64,000 nt of DNA from Octopus sinensis (Eukaryota), in contig NC_043000.1 in the NCBI RefSeq assembly GCF_006345805.1, positions 7,440,001 to 7,504,000 on the forward strand, given 5' to 3'. Both the position numbers and the translations under genes were made by a program. The notes beneath the pieces are model-generated. The model was not told the origin of the DNA. It searched no databases and worked only from the letters and a program-made list of their open reading frames with translations. Below are positions 62,149-64,000 of this stretch, in pieces; within the stretch, counting starts at the first letter, position 1, and each line of letters begins with the position of its first letter.

Positions 62149-63501
62149 CTCTTCCTCATATATATATAAACACACACGGATATGATGGGCTTATTTCAGT
62201 TTCCATCTACCAAATCCACTTACAAGGCTTTGGTTGGCCTGAGGCTATAGTAGAAGACACTTGCCCAAGGTGTTATGAAGTGGGACTGAACTCGGAACCA
62301 TTGTGCCTTTATAGAGTGATATTCAAATTTGTTTAATAATGTTAAGTAAACCTACTTCTTTGCACACTGAACACAATTCTTGTGTTCTTAACTACTGCAT
62401 ATATTTAACATCTTCTCAGCTAAGCTAGTTGCAATCTTATTTTATTTAGATGTTTCTTTTCCCTCACTTCATATATTCAAACTAATGTTTGTGTTTAGAA
62501 AGCTATATGATCTGTAGTAGTAGTAGTATCATCATCGTTTTAATATCTACTTTTCCATGCTTCCATTGGTCAGACAGAATTTGTTGAGGCAGATTTTCTA
62601 TGGCCAGATGCCCTTTCTGTCACAAACCCTCACCTATTTCCATGGAAGGTAATATTTCTCTACGGCCTGACATGTTTTCACAGAAGGCTGGTTGTGAACA
62701 CTTATTTGATGATGACACTTGTTTACTGCCATCACTCAATGTCAAAACAAGGAAGCAAATGTACATGCACTCATATATTAATATAAATGTGGCAGGCTTC
62801 TATCAGCTTTCCTCTATCAAATCCACTCAGAAGGCTTTGGTTCATCCAGGGCTATAATAGAAGACACTTTCCCAAGTTGCCATGCAGTAAGATTGAACCT
62901 GAAACCATGCAGTTGGGAAGTGAATTTCTTAACCTCACAATCATGCCTACAACTAGCAATGAATATTAAAGTATAACAAGGTTGTGAGGTGGCCGAATTG
63001 TTAGCACATCGGGTAAAATGCTTAGTGGTATTTCCTCTGACTTTTTGTTCTGAGATGAAATTCCACTGAGGTCAACTTTGCCTTTCATTCCTTTGAAGTT
63101 GATAAAATAAGTACCAGTTGAACACTGAGGGTCAATGTAATTGACTTATCCCCTCCCTAAAATTTGCTGGCCTTGTGCCAAAATTTGAAACTAATATTAA
63201 AGTATAACACATACACACACTCACATATATATGCATGTAAGCCATCTGAGAGTTCATAAGTCAGGAAAAAATGCATTTGTATATTGTCAGTTGAGTGGGC
63301 ATATTAATTGAAATGTACAGTATTATATATCCATCATGTCCGATCTCTAGAGAGTAGTTATCATATTTCATTCCATAAGAGCTACCTCTGATGAGTGCAG
63401 GGCTACATAATCAGGTTGTTACCTAACACTCCGTTGAACCTCTAGTGCGAAACTGATTGGTAAGATCAGCCCTAATGGATATATAATACTATACACTTTG
63501 A

Positions 63502-63537
<36 letters not shown>

Positions 63538-64000
63538 AATTGCAACAATGAGATATAATTAACAGTCTCTAATAATATTAGAGGTTCAGTAAACCTTTAT
63601 TTTAACTAATCATGATTTTGCTTGAATAACACATAGAACTGCTAAGCTAGTGATAGTCTGTATATCAGGTTGGAAATCAGGTTGGAAATGTAAATTGAAC
63701 ACTATATTTTTCTGTGCTCTGAAAAGTAGGATTCCTCTCTGACTAAGGGACACATCTGAAATAGTGTTTTCCACTTTTCATGTTCCTCCAATATGCAGTT
63801 CTCATAATTTGTATTCCCTATTTTCCTTTGATCGTTTTTGCAATGTTTCTAGGTTACTAGACACATTTAAACTAAACAAATGACTTTAATAGTGAGAGCC
63901 TTTCATAGCTTAACGTCAGCATTATAGAAAACAGATAACCTTGATAGACAGATGCATTTCCTTCAGTTTCATAACCACCAGTCTATGTTATATTCAAGGT

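Noticed and set aside
63388-63470. CTGATGA...GAAA hammerhead candidate
   Set aside because: Stem II is weak, the required U of the NUH triplet is missing after stem III, and stem I cannot form.

Overview
Eukaryotic, AT-rich, repeat-dominated genomic DNA. The interspersed repeat families look like those of Octopus; this is recognition from memory, not a database result. About 570-15860 is a single ~15.3-kb tandem array of a 78-bp unit (~196 copies) made of three diverged 26-bp subunits. The array runs directly into the 3' tail of an RTE-type retroelement, and short 26-bp versions of the same repeat sit inside other copies of that tail in this window. The satellite therefore appears to be an expanded internal VNTR of one retroelement copy. 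The rest is mostly tRNA-derived SINEs (three or more families), 5'-truncated RTE and CR1-group LINEs, TTAA-ended and hAT-like MITEs, a Tc1 transposase remnant, Helitron-like pieces and microsatellites. Two (TA)n-embedded inverted-repeat elements carry minimal type-I hammerhead ribozyme folds typical of Penelope-like elements, one with a compensatory U3:A8 core. The only host gene I can support is 2-3 exons (52.4-55.7 kb, + strand) of a thioredoxin-fold, PDI-family-like protein. Nearly all ORFs in the supplied track are by-products of repeats. I found no prokaryotic features, CRISPR array, rRNA or true tRNA gene. All alignments and folds were done by eye, and element boundaries are approximate unless TSDs or TIRs are quoted.
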